NCBI GenBank assembly: GCA_045643605.1
Contig: JAZULC010000018.1
Location: forward strand, 53,700-117,699
Direction of reading: 5' to 3'
From: Alphaproteobacteria bacterium
GTDB lineage: Bacteria > Pseudomonadota > Alphaproteobacteria > RF32 > CAG-239
Length of the DNA: 64,000 nt
Position 1 is the stretch's first letter. Every line of letters begins with the position of its first letter. The notes below the pieces were generated by a model that saw nothing but the letters and a program-made list of their open reading frames with translations, made no database searches and was not told the DNA's origin. Of the stretch, positions 9,747-19,516 are shown one piece after another. Made by a program: the position numbers and the translations under genes.

Positions 9747-12203
9747 ATGAACGGGAAAGCTAAATATGACGGTAAAGAATCTTTTACCGAATGGCAAGAA
9801 ACGTGGAAAATAGAAGAAAGATATAATTTTCATAATATCGAAAAAAAATGGCAAAAAATTTGGGATGATGAAAAAATTTATCATGTAGATATTGATGAAA
9901 ATAAAGAAAAATTTTATGCTTTAGTAGAATTTCCATATCCATCAGGTGCAGGTCTCCATGTCGGACATCCTCGTTCATATACGGCGCTTGATGTAATAGC
10001 TCGTAAAAAACGCATGCAAGGATTTAATGTTTTATATCCTATCGGTTTTGACGCCTTTGGCCTGCCTGCTGAAAATTATGCCATAAAAACAGGTATTCAT
10101 CCCGCAATTTCTACAAAAAATAATATTGATAATTTTACTCGTCAAATGAAGTCCATCGGCTTTTCTTTTGATTGGGACAGATGTATTTCAACTTGTGACC
10201 CGCAATATTATAAATGGACACAATGGATGTTCTTGCAATTATATAAAAAAGGACTTGCTTATAAGGGAAAAATGGCCATAAATTGGTGTCCTTCATGCAA
10301 GGTAGGTCTGGCTAACGAAGAAGTTGTTAATGGTTGTTGTGAACGTTGCGGTGCTCCTGTTATTCGTAAAAACAAAGAACAATGGATTATTGCTATTACA
10401 AAATATGCCGATAGACTGATTGATGATTTAGATGATTTAGATTTTATTGATAGAGTTAAATCTCAACAGGTTAATTGGATAGGACGTTCCGAAGGCGCAG
10501 AGCTGGATTTTGATTTTGCCGGAGATAAATTGACGGTATTTACTACCAGACCAGATACGGCTTTTGGCGTAACTTATATGGTACTTGCCCCGGAACATCC
10601 TTTTGTTGCTAAATATATGGATAAATTTGAAAACCAAGAAGAAATTAAAGATTATGTACGAAAAACAGCTTTAAAATCAGAACTACAAAGATCTATTTCT
10701 GAAGAAAAAACCGGAGTTGAATTAAAAGGAATTAAAGCAAAAAATCCTTTTAACAACAAGTTAATTCCTGTATTTATTTCCGATTATGTTCTTACCGGAT
10801 ATGGCACCGGTGCTATTATGGCTGTACCTGCGCATGATCAAAGAGATTATGATTTTGCAAAAGTGTTCAATCTTCCAATGATACAAGTTCTCGCCGGCGG
10901 CGATATTACAAATCAAGCATGGGAAGAAGACGGAGAGCATATTAATTCAGAATTTTTGAATGGTCTTAATAAAGAAGATGGCATACATTCAGCTATAAAA
11001 TATGCAGAAGAAAACCACTTTGGTAAAGCAAAAATAAATTTCAAATTACGTGATTGGATATTCTCTCGCCAACGTTATTGGGGAGAACCTATTCCGATGG
11101 TATATTGTGAACATTGCGGATGGCAACCTCTTAAAGAAGAAGATTTACCTTTGACTTTGCCGGATATAAAAGATTTTCTGCCGGATGATGAAGGCAATTC
11201 TCCCCTTGCAAAAGCAACAGATTGGGTGAATACCACATGTCCAAAATGTGGCAGACACGCAACAAGAGAAACCGATGTTATGCCAAACTGGGCCGGATCT
11301 TCTTGGTACTTTTTGAGATATTGCGATCCTCATAACGAACATGAATTTGCCGATAAAAAAGCGCTTGATTATTGGATGAATGTTGATTGGTATGATGGCG
11401 GAATGGAGCATACTACTTTACATTTGCTTTATTCTCGTTTTTGGCATAAATTTTTATATGATTGCGGTCTGGTAAACACAAAAGAACCATATAAAAAACG
11501 CACATCTCATGGTATGATTTTGGCCTCCAATGGCGAAAAAATGTCAAAATCTCGTGGAAATGTTATAAACCCTGATGAAATCGTAGAAAACTACGGCGCT
11601 GACACTTTTCGCCTATATGAAATGTTTATAGGTCCTTTTGAGCAAACAGCAATGTGGTCCGATGAAAGTTTGATGGGTGTTTATCGTTTTGTAAATAAGA
11701 TTTTTACACTGTTCAAAAAAGTATATAATATTGAACCAAATGAAAAAGATTTAAGAGCAATGCATAAATGCATTATAGAAGTTACGGAACGTATTGATCA
11801 AATGAAATTTAATACCGCCGTTTCATCTTTAATGACATACTCTAATTATCTCTCAAATCTGGAAAAAATACCTGCAGTATTGTACGAAAATTTCTTAAAA
11901 ATGTTATCTCCTTTTACTCCGCATTTGGCAGAAGAAATGTGGGCAAGACTGGGAAAGCAAACTTATATAGTTGCAGAATCTTGGCCTAACGGAGATAAAA
12001 ATTTAGCGAAAGATGATGTGGTAACCATTGCTGTTCAAATTTGCGGTAAAATTCGCGGCACTATTGAGATACAAGCAAATGCTGATGAAGAAACCATAAA
12101 ACAGGCAGCCATGTCTCTTGAAAATGTAAAAAAACAACTTAATGATAAAGAAATTAAAAAAATTATCATTGTACCAAATAGGATTGTAAACATTGTTGCG
12201 TAA
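9747..12203 (+). CDS. leuS: Leucine--tRNA ligase
   Basis: NFHNIEKKWQKIWDD, HVGHPRSY (HIGH) and KMSKSRGN (KMSKS) motifs. The ATG at 9747 is preceded by GGAGA 6 nt upstream; the upstream GTG at 9693 was rejected. Confidence 0.95.
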   Translation: MNGKAKYDGKESFTEWQETWKIEERYNFHNIEKKWQKIWDDEKIYHVDIDENKEKFYALVEFPYPSGAGLHVGHPRSYTALDVIARKKRMQGFNVLYPIGFDAFGLPAENYAIKTGIHPAISTKNNIDNFTRQMKSIGFSFDWDRCISTCDPQYYKWTQWMFLQLYKKGLAYKGKMAINWCPSCKVGLANEEVVNGCCERCGAPVIRKNKEQWIIAITKYADRLIDDLDDLDFIDRVKSQQVNWIGRSEGAELDFDFAGDKLTVFTTRPDTAFGVTYMVLAPEHPFVAKYMDKFENQEEIKDYVRKTALKSELQRSISEEKTGVELKGIKAKNPFNNKLIPVFISDYVLTGYGTGAIMAVPAHDQRDYDFAKVFNLPMIQVLAGGDITNQAWEEDGEHINSEFLNGLNKEDGIHSAIKYAEENHFGKAKINFKLRDWIFSRQRYWGEPIPMVYCEHCGWQPLKEEDLPLTLPDIKDFLPDDEGNSPLAKATDWVNTTCPKCGRHATRETDVMPNWAGSSWYFLRYCDPHNEHEFADKKALDYWMNVDWYDGGMEHTTLHLLYSRFWHKFLYDCGLVNTKEPYKKRTSHGMILASNGEKMSKSRGNVINPDEIVENYGADTFRLYEMFIGPFEQTAMWSDESLMGVYRFVNKIFTLFKKVYNIEPNEKDLRAMHKCIIEVTERIDQMKFNTAVSSLMTYSNYLSNLEKIPAVLYENFLKMLSPFTPHLAEEMWARLGKQTYIVAESWPNGDKNLAKDDVVTIAVQICGKIRGTIEIQANADEETIKQAAMSLENVKKQLNDKEIKKIIIVPNRIVNIVA

Positions 12204-12753
12204 AATTAAATATATAACACAAACTTTATTGATAATAACCTTGTCTGCTTGTGGGTTTCGTCCGCTATATGTTGAAAGAGAAGATGATTCTCTTTGGCAT
12301 TATGACGGCAAATTTAATACATCTATTATTCAGGAAATGGCAAAAATACGAGTTGCACCAATAGATGAACGCTTTGGGCAAATTGTCAGAAATATATTGT
12401 TAGATAGCTTAACTCCGAAAGGACAACCAGAAAATCCCGTTTATGTTTTAGAAGCAGAGCTGACAAATAAAGAAATAGTACAACAAGCAATGCGTGATGA
12501 TATTACTGCAACCAGAGAACGTGTAAAATATGTAGTACAGTATCATTTAAATAAAGACAATGAAACAATAGCCAGTGGAAATTCTATTGCTTTTGTAAGT
12601 TATGATATTTTATCCAATCCTTATTCTACAACTTTTGCTAAAAAAGAAACAGAAGAAAGTGCCGCTCAAATTATTGCTAACGATATCATTTTAAGGCTTG
12701 GTGCATACTTTAATTCTGAACTTATAAAGTCAGGTGAATATCGTGAACTTTAA
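12193..12753 (+). CDS. lptE: LPS-assembly lipoprotein LptE
   Basis: Lipobox LSACGFRPLY and conserved leuS-lptE-holA gene order. TTG start overlapping the end of leuS. Confidence 0.7.
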   Translation: MLRKIKYITQTLLIITLSACGFRPLYVEREDDSLWHYDGKFNTSIIQEMAKIRVAPIDERFGQIVRNILLDSLTPKGQPENPVYVLEAELTNKEIVQQAMRDDITATRERVKYVVQYHLNKDNETIASGNSIAFVSYDILSNPYSTTFAKKETEESAAQIIANDIILRLGAYFNSELIKSGEYREL

Positions 12754-13777
12754 ACAACAATCACAAGTAGATAATTTTTTAAGGCATCCTGATAATTCTT
12801 ACAGAGCAGTTTTAATATATGGAAATAATCTAGGTTTAATTGCGCAATATACAAAAGATTTTACCAAACTTATTTCAAGCGATATCTATGACCCTTTTCA
12901 AACATCGTATATTGAAATGTCTGCTTTGTCCTCTGATAAATCACTATTATTTGCAGAATATAACGAACAGTCGTTAATGGGAGGAAGAAAAGCTATTATT
13001 GTCAAAGATGCTGATGATAGTCTCTCTAAAGTTATCCCTCAAATTTTAGAAAGTTCCAGTGAAAATTTCTTAATCTTATATTCTACATCATTAAAGAAAA
13101 AATCATCATTAGTTATACAAGCGGAAAACGATTCTAAAATGATTTCCATACCGTGTTATGAAGATGACGATAGCTCAATATATACAACAGTGAGACAAAA
13201 ATTAATTTCAGAAGGATTCACTATCAATAAAGAGGCTTTAGAAGTTTTATGCTCAAAATTATCAAATGATCGCCGAACAAACATTGAAGAAATTGATAAA
13301 TTGATTACCTATGTCGGAACAAAAAAAGATATTTCCGTTCAAGATGTACTAAATATTGTCGGTGATATTACAAGCATTAATATGGATGATTTTATTTTTT
13401 CGGTTGCCAATGGAAATTTACCAAAATCTCTGGAATATTACGAAAAAATATTACAAAACGGAGAGGAACCTGTATCTATAGTACGCAGTTTATATTATCA
13501 TTTTTATCGTTTATTACAATGCAAAGGCTATATAGAGTCAGGAATGAGTACGGATTCTGCTATTGCTAAATTGCGTCCACCCCTATTTTATCAACGAAAA
13601 GAAGATTTCTCAAAACAATTATATAAATTTTCAGCACATAAAATTTTAAATATTATAACTATTCTATACAATACTGAAAGAGATTGTAAGACAACAAATA
13701 TGCCTGCTGATAAAATTTTAGAATACACAATTATGCGTATTTGCAAAAGTAACAACCAAATAAAGGCAAAATCATGA
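12734..13777 (+). CDS. holA: DNA polymerase III subunit delta
   Basis: 347 aa in the position after lptE, with a HolA-like layout (AVLIYGNN N-terminus). The call rests on synteny plus weak sequence recognition. Confidence 0.75.
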   Translation: MNIVNFKQQSQVDNFLRHPDNSYRAVLIYGNNLGLIAQYTKDFTKLISSDIYDPFQTSYIEMSALSSDKSLLFAEYNEQSLMGGRKAIIVKDADDSLSKVIPQILESSSENFLILYSTSLKKKSSLVIQAENDSKMISIPCYEDDDSSIYTTVRQKLISEGFTINKEALEVLCSKLSNDRRTNIEEIDKLITYVGTKKDISVQDVLNIVGDITSINMDDFIFSVANGNLPKSLEYYEKILQNGEEPVSIVRSLYYHFYRLLQCKGYIESGMSTDSAIAKLRPPLFYQRKEDFSKQLYKFSAHKILNIITILYNTERDCKTTNMPADKILEYTIMRICKSNNQIKAKS

Positions 13778-14250
13778 GATTAGCACTTTTTCAACCGGAT
13801 ATTCCTCAAAATACAGGTACATTATTACGTTTAGGTGCATGTTTGTCATTACCTTTAGATATTATTGAACCATGCGGTTTTATATTTAACGAAAAAGCCA
13901 TGAAACGTGCCGGTATGGATTATTTAAATTTTGTTTCTTACAAAAGACACAATTCTTGGGATGATTTTTTAAAATATCGGGAAAATAATCCTGAAGAATA
14001 TGGTAGAATTATTTTATTAACGACACATGCTTCTACACCTTATACCGATTTTAAATTTCAAAAAAATGATATTATTTTAATGGGAAGAGAAAGCGCCGGT
14101 GTTCCCGAAGCCGTGCATCAAATTGCAGATGCCAGATTGTTAATTCCAATGAATAAAAATGCACGTTCCATAAATGTTGCTGTATCTGCCGTTATGGTAG
14201 TCGGTGAGGCACTGCGACAGACTAATTTATTTCCATCTCAAGATTTTTAA
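13774..14250 (+). CDS. trmL: tRNA (cytidine/uridine-2'-O-)-methyltransferase TrmL (SpoU/TrmH family)
   Basis: 158 aa. MRLALFQPDIPQNTGTLLRLGA and the C-terminal RSINVAVSAVMVVGEALRQ knot motif. Confidence 0.85.
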   Translation: MRLALFQPDIPQNTGTLLRLGACLSLPLDIIEPCGFIFNEKAMKRAGMDYLNFVSYKRHNSWDDFLKYRENNPEEYGRIILLTTHASTPYTDFKFQKNDIILMGRESAGVPEAVHQIADARLLIPMNKNARSINVAVSAVMVVGEALRQTNLFPSQDF

Positions 14251-14328
14251 TTTTTTTATGGATTTTCGCAAAATTTTGTGGTACAATTATATTCCGTTCG
14301 CAAAAAAAAGTAAAAGGATAATAACATT

Positions 14329-14838
14329 ATGGTAAAGAAAAATATTGCTCCTATCACATTTAATACAGGAGAGTACGTAGTTTATCCGGCTCATGGAGTT
14401 GGAAAAGTTTCTGATATATCGAAACAACAAATTGCAGGCACAGAATTGGAACTTTTAGTAGTTAATTTTGACAGAGATAAGATGACATTAAGAATTCCAA
14501 TGGCAAAAGTATCTGAAGTCGGACTACGCAAAGTTGCTGAAGAAAAAACTATAGATGAAGCGTTATCCGTTTTAAAGGGAAAAGCTAAAGCCAGAAAAAT
14601 TATGTGGTCAAGACGGGCTACCGAATACGAAAATAAGATAAATTCAGGTAATTTGGTTGCTATTGCTGAAGTTGTTCGTGACCTATATCGTAATGAAAAT
14701 ATAGCAGAACAATCTTATAGTGAACGTCAAATTTATGAACAGGCTTTTGATAGATTAACAAATGAAATTGCCATATGTGAAAATATTTCTGAAGAATCTG
14801 CTAATAAAAAAGTTTTAGATTTTTTAGCAAATAAATAA
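14329..14838 (+). CDS. carD: CarD/CdnL family transcriptional regulator
   Basis: The GEYVVYPAHGVGKV N-terminal Tudor-like motif and 169-aa size are typical of CarD/CdnL. Confidence 0.9.
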   Translation: MVKKNIAPITFNTGEYVVYPAHGVGKVSDISKQQIAGTELELLVVNFDRDKMTLRIPMAKVSEVGLRKVAEEKTIDEALSVLKGKAKARKIMWSRRATEYENKINSGNLVAIAEVVRDLYRNENIAEQSYSERQIYEQAFDRLTNEIAICENISEESANKKVLDFLANK

Positions 14839-14863
14839 TTTTTTTACATATATACAAAAAATT

Positions 14864-14890
14864 AAGCCGAAGAAATTTCGGCTTTTTTTA
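14864..14890 (+). terminator. Rho-independent terminator after carD
   Basis: AAGCCGAA-GAAAT-TTCGGCTT hairpin followed by a T-run. Confidence 0.7.
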
Positions 14891-14956
14891 TTTCAAAATT
14901 TATCTATTTTTTAATATTTATCTTTCATAATTTCAGCAACTTAAAGAGAGATAAAT

Positions 14957-15700
14957 ATGGCACAAAAAATAAAAATTCGTTTATTTATCAACGAAAATTT
15001 AAAAGAAGGAACACAAATTACATTAAATGAGGCGCAGTCTCATTATCTTTCCGATGTCATGAAAGCAACCATTAATAGTCAAATTAAATGTTTTAATAAT
15101 AAACAAGGAGAATTTATTGCAAAAATTTGTGCCAAACAAAAAAAACAAATTATTCTGCAAATAGAACAAAAGTCCCGTGATTTTTATTTACCGCCTGATT
15201 TATGGTTATTATTTTCACCTTTAAAAAAAGACAATACAGATTTTGTAATCCAAAAAGCAACAGAGCTCGGTGTGAGAAAAATTATTCCGATAATTACAAA
15301 AAACACTATTACCGGTAAAATCAAAAAAGAACGTTTTGAGGCACAAAGCATAGAAGCTGCCGAACAATCGCACAGAGTGGATATTCCTGAAATTGATGAT
15401 ATAATTACTTTAGAAGAAGTTTTGAAAAATTGGGATCCGGCTCGTAAATTATATTTTTTAGATGAGACATTAACAGAAAATAATTTACAACAATCACTAC
15501 AAATAAATCATCAAAAAGCAGCCATCATTTGTGGACCGGAAGGAGGTTTTGATGCTTCTGAAATTGAAAAGCTGCGTTCTAAAAACTATGTTTTACCTAT
15601 AAGCTTGGGACCCAGAATATTGCGCGCAGAAACTGCCGCTATTGCGGCAATATCGTGCTGGCAGGCTTTATGCGGAGATTGGAAAAGTGGAGAAAAATAA
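14957..15700 (+). CDS. rsmE: 16S rRNA (uracil1498-N3)-methyltransferase RsmE
   Basis: 247 aa. GPEGGF and the C-terminal LGPRILRAETAAIAA motif. Confidence 0.85.
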   Translation: MAQKIKIRLFINENLKEGTQITLNEAQSHYLSDVMKATINSQIKCFNNKQGEFIAKICAKQKKQIILQIEQKSRDFYLPPDLWLLFSPLKKDNTDFVIQKATELGVRKIIPIITKNTITGKIKKERFEAQSIEAAEQSHRVDIPEIDDIITLEEVLKNWDPARKLYFLDETLTENNLQQSLQINHQKAAIICGPEGGFDASEIEKLRSKNYVLPISLGPRILRAETAAIAAISCWQALCGDWKSGEK

Positions 15701-16350
15701 TGAAAATATTAATTGCTGATGATCATGAGTTATTTTTAAAAGGCTTGGAATTTATGTTGCAAAGTAATTTTCCTAAAGCTAAAATTTGCACAGCTACAGA
15801 TTATAAAAAACTTTTCAGTATTCTTCAAAAAGAAAAAAATTTTTCGCTGATAATCACAGATTTAGCTATGCCAGGAGCTAATTCTATAGAAGGAATAAAA
15901 AAAATTCACAATTTAAATTCACAAACACCTATCTTAATTTTATCGGCAGTATTTGATAAAGGTTTAGTAAAAAACACTATTGATAGTGGTGTTAGCGGAT
16001 ATATTTTAAAAGCTTCTTCAAATACGGAAATATTAAATGCTATAAACGTTGTCTTAACAGGAGAAAAATATATTCCTTCAGAATTGGCTAACAAAGAAAG
16101 CGAAAATATGCAAATGCTGATAGATAGCAATGAAAATATTCGTAAAGAAGATTTTAGTCCCCAACAATTAAAAATACTTACAAAAATAGTAGCCGGTCTT
16201 TCTAATAAACAAATAGCCTATGAACTTAATTTATCTGAAGGTACCGTAAAATGCTATATTACCACAATAATGAAAAAGTTAAATGTTTTGAATAGAACTT
16301 CTGCCGGATTAAAAGCACTTAAAGCCGGTATAGTTTCTGAAAATAAATAA
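15700..16350 (+). CDS. NarL/LuxR-family response regulator; no kinase is adjacent
   Basis: MKILIADDHELF receiver N-terminus and a C-terminal LuxR HTH (LSNKQIAYELNLSEGTVKCYITTIMKKL). The start ATG overlaps the rsmE stop (TAATG). Confidence 0.85.
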   Translation: MKILIADDHELFLKGLEFMLQSNFPKAKICTATDYKKLFSILQKEKNFSLIITDLAMPGANSIEGIKKIHNLNSQTPILILSAVFDKGLVKNTIDSGVSGYILKASSNTEILNAINVVLTGEKYIPSELANKESENMQMLIDSNENIRKEDFSPQQLKILTKIVAGLSNKQIAYELNLSEGTVKCYITTIMKKLNVLNRTSAGLKALKAGIVSENK

Positions 16351-16408
16351 TTGCAAAATTAATATTTAAATTATACTATAAGCTATGTTTTAGAATTTGA
16401 GGTTACCT

Positions 16409-17257
16409 ATGGCTACAAAAACAGAAAAGAAAAAAAATACTGCAAAAACTAAAAGTGTAAAAATTACAAGTGCTAAAAAAAATGACTTTAGTACCATTAT
16501 TACCAGACGGAAAACAACAATCAAAGATATTGCTGAAAGTGTAATAAAATCCGCAAAGAAAAAATCTTCCTCAAAAACATCAAGAAAGATTACAAATGAT
16601 GTCCCTGCATATATAAACGAGCTTTATGCTCCGATGTACTTAAATGCAGAAATTTCTAACAACTTGGATGATAATCGCTTATGGACACTAGCTACATTTG
16701 GATACAATAATAAATTAGCCAATGCCGTTTGTGAAGAAATAAATTATCAAAGTTCTGTTTTGCAAATCGGAGCAACTTTTGGTAAACAAATAGATAAAAT
16801 AATTGAAAAAATCGGTCCTTATGGTTCTTTAGATATTTTGGATGTTACACCAACGCAAATTGATAGGTGCCAAAATAAATTTATTTATCAACATCCCAAA
16901 ATTAATTTTATTCAACAAAATGCAGCTAATCCGATAGAAAAAAAATATGATGCAGTTGTATGCTATATGTTGTTACACGAAGTTCCTCTTGCAACAAAAC
17001 ACGATATTATAAATAATATTTTAAATGCATTAAATCCAAATGGCAAAGTTATATTCATTGATTATCACAATCCTGTGAATTATCATCCATTCAGGTATTT
17101 AGCAAAAATTTTCAATCGTCTGTATCAGCCATTTGCTGAAGTTTTATGGAAAAAAGAAATCCACAGTTTTGTGGAGAATCCGGATGACTTTACATGGGAA
17201 AAAAGCCTATATTTTGGGCAATTTTATCAAAAAGTCGTAGTAAAAACAAAAAAATAA
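16409..17257 (+). CDS. Class I methyltransferase-fold protein, RquA-like (candidate rhodoquinone biosynthesis), with a Lys-rich N-terminal extension
   Basis: The motif-I position reads VLQIGATFG instead of the canonical DxGxGxG, followed by LLHEVP, FIDYHNP and FTWEK blocks that I recall as RquA-like. GAGG lies 6 nt upstream of the ATG at 16409. Confidence 0.55.
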   Translation: MATKTEKKKNTAKTKSVKITSAKKNDFSTIITRRKTTIKDIAESVIKSAKKKSSSKTSRKITNDVPAYINELYAPMYLNAEISNNLDDNRLWTLATFGYNNKLANAVCEEINYQSSVLQIGATFGKQIDKIIEKIGPYGSLDILDVTPTQIDRCQNKFIYQHPKINFIQQNAANPIEKKYDAVVCYMLLHEVPLATKHDIINNILNALNPNGKVIFIDYHNPVNYHPFRYLAKIFNRLYQPFAEVLWKKEIHSFVENPDDFTWEKSLYFGQFYQKVVVKTKK

Positions 17258-17259
17258 CC

Positions 17260-18375
17260 TTATGCCTCATAATGAGTTATCTTTAAATCATTGTTTTTAT
17301 CTTCTATTTGTAAACTTTCTATTTTTTCAATACGATGACTGATTTTTTTTGAAGAAATCACAATATCGTCAATATCTTTGTTTGCTTGATCAAAATGAGA
17401 ATTCAAACTCTGTATTCTTTTATCAAGGCGATTAATATCTTCAATCATTGTACCAACTTCTTTTTGAATAATATCCGCCTGCTCACGCATTTTTGCATCT
17501 TTTAAAATTGCTCTGACAGTATTTAATGTGGCCATTAAGGTAGTAGGTGAAACAATCCAAACTTTTTTGCGATAAGATTCTTCAACTACATCTACAAAAT
17601 GAGCATGTAACTCTGCGTATATAGATTCTGACGGTAAGAACATTAAAGCAGATTCTGCTGTTTCGCCGGCAATAATATATTTATCAGAAATATCTCTAAT
17701 ATGCTTCTGCACGGATAAACGGAAGAATTTTTCTGCCTCTTTGATATCAATTTCACTTTTTGCATTCATCAAAGCTTGATAGCTTTCAAGAGGAAATTTT
17801 GAATCTATTACTATCATTCCGGGAGGATTAGGCAAATTTAAAACACAATCTGCTCTTTTTTCGTTAGAAAGTTTAACTTGAAAACTGTATGCTGACGGCG
17901 GTAAAGTTGATGTAACTAAATCGTTTAATTGTATTTCTCCGAACGCACCTCTTGCCTGCTTATTAGATAGTACTTCCTGCAAGGATACAACTTGTTCTGA
18001 CAAATGAGAAATTTTTTGTTGAGCAACATCTATTTTCGTTAATCTCTCACATAAATCCGTCAGAGTTTTCGTATTTGATGCCGTACTTTTTTCAAGACCT
18101 TCATTAACATTTTTGGTAATCGCTAATAATTTTTCATCAAACATTTTTTGCATAGATAATTTTTGTTCGTTTAAGGCCCCTGATATTTGTATATTTTGAG
18201 ATGTGGCAGAATCAGAGAGAAGTGCAATTTTTCCACTTAATTCCGCTTGAGCTTTATTGATTTCCGAAAAATCAACTTTTTTATTTGTTCTTAAAACAAC
18301 CACAACAATCGTGATAATATTTATGCAAAATATTGCAAAAAAAATCAAATTATTAAGATTTACGTTTAGCTCCAT
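17260..18375 (-). CDS. rmuC: DNA recombination protein RmuC
   Basis: N-terminal TM helix, long coiled coil and a C-terminal RmuC nuclease-like domain (ADCVLNLP...VIDSKFPLESY). Confidence 0.85.
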   Translation of the reverse strand: MELNVNLNNLIFFAIFCINIITIVVVVLRTNKKVDFSEINKAQAELSGKIALLSDSATSQNIQISGALNEQKLSMQKMFDEKLLAITKNVNEGLEKSTASNTKTLTDLCERLTKIDVAQQKISHLSEQVVSLQEVLSNKQARGAFGEIQLNDLVTSTLPPSAYSFQVKLSNEKRADCVLNLPNPPGMIVIDSKFPLESYQALMNAKSEIDIKEAEKFFRLSVQKHIRDISDKYIIAGETAESALMFLPSESIYAELHAHFVDVVEESYRKKVWIVSPTTLMATLNTVRAILKDAKMREQADIIQKEVGTMIEDINRLDKRIQSLNSHFDQANKDIDDIVISSKKISHRIEKIESLQIEDKNNDLKITHYEA

Positions 18376-19357
18376 TTGTTTTTTCCTTTAAAGGTTTTTC
18401 TTTAATTTTACCCATTTGTAAAAATTTTTCCGTACGCATTTCTTTCAATTCTGCTGGCTTTACTGCTAATAGGTTTTTCAAATGACGGAAAATTGCTTCT
18501 TCTACATTTTTGATAGTTAAATCTATATCATGATGAGCCCCGCCCATTGGTTCTGCAACAATTTCATCAATGACTCCGAACTTATACAAATCCTGCGCTG
18601 TTAACTTAAGTGCTTCTGTTGCTTCTTTGATTTTATCTGCAGATCTCCATAAAATAGAAGCACATCCTTCAGGAGAAATCACCGAATATATAGAATTTTC
18701 AAGCATTAAAATTTTATCAGCTACAGCAATAGCTATTGCACCTCCGGAACCACCTTCTCCAATAATTACGGAAATTATCGGTGTTTTTATCTTTAAACAT
18801 TTTTCAATTGAAGATGCTATAGCTTCAGCTTGTCCTCTTGCTTCAGCATCAATTCCCGGATAAGCTCCTGCGGTATCAACCAATGTAATAATTGGCATTT
18901 TAAATTTTTCAGCCAAGTCCATTATTCTTTGTGCTTTGCGATAGCCTTCCGGTTTAGCCATTCCAAAATTATATTTCATACGGCTTTCAAGATCGTTGCC
19001 TTTTTCCTGTCCGATAACAGCAACACTGATATTACGAAATTTTCCTATTCCGGCAACTATGGCTTCATCATTTCCAAAAAGTCTATCACCGTTAAGAGGA
19101 GTAAAATCTTCAATCATGGCATTTATATAATCAAGACAATGCGGGCGATTAGGATGTCTTGCTATCTGTGCTCGCTGAAACGGAGATAATGAAGAATATG
19201 TATTCTCTTGTAAACGTTGCAACTTTTTACGTAAACGAGTTAATTCTTTTTTTGTATCAGAATTATCACTCTCGGAAAGCTCAAGATTATTTATCCGCTC
19301 TTGGGTTGTGTTAATATCTTTTTCAAAATCTAAAACTACCATTGGCATATCTGTCAT
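18353..19357 (-). CDS. accA: Acetyl-CoA carboxylase carboxyltransferase subunit alpha
   Basis: ARHPNRPH, GQEKG, LVDTAGAYPG and IGEGGSGGA motifs. Confidence 0.95.
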   Translation of the reverse strand: MTDMPMVVLDFEKDINTTQERINNLELSESDNSDTKKELTRLRKKLQRLQENTYSSLSPFQRAQIARHPNRPHCLDYINAMIEDFTPLNGDRLFGNDEAIVAGIGKFRNISVAVIGQEKGNDLESRMKYNFGMAKPEGYRKAQRIMDLAEKFKMPIITLVDTAGAYPGIDAEARGQAEAIASSIEKCLKIKTPIISVIIGEGGSGGAIAIAVADKILMLENSIYSVISPEGCASILWRSADKIKEATEALKLTAQDLYKFGVIDEIVAEPMGGAHHDIDLTIKNVEEAIFRHLKNLLAVKPAELKEMRTEKFLQMGKIKEKPLKEKTNGAKRKS

Positions 19358-19516
19358 ATTTTATTCTCCGACTAAAATCTGCTATATAAACTATCATCAC
19401 ATTTTTTGTTTTGTAAAGTTATTTTTTTGTAAAACTACCATAACTTTTATTTATCACGCAAAATATTGCCTAAAAACAATAATTTTTGTTGAATTTTAGA
19501 TGATATCGGCTACTAT

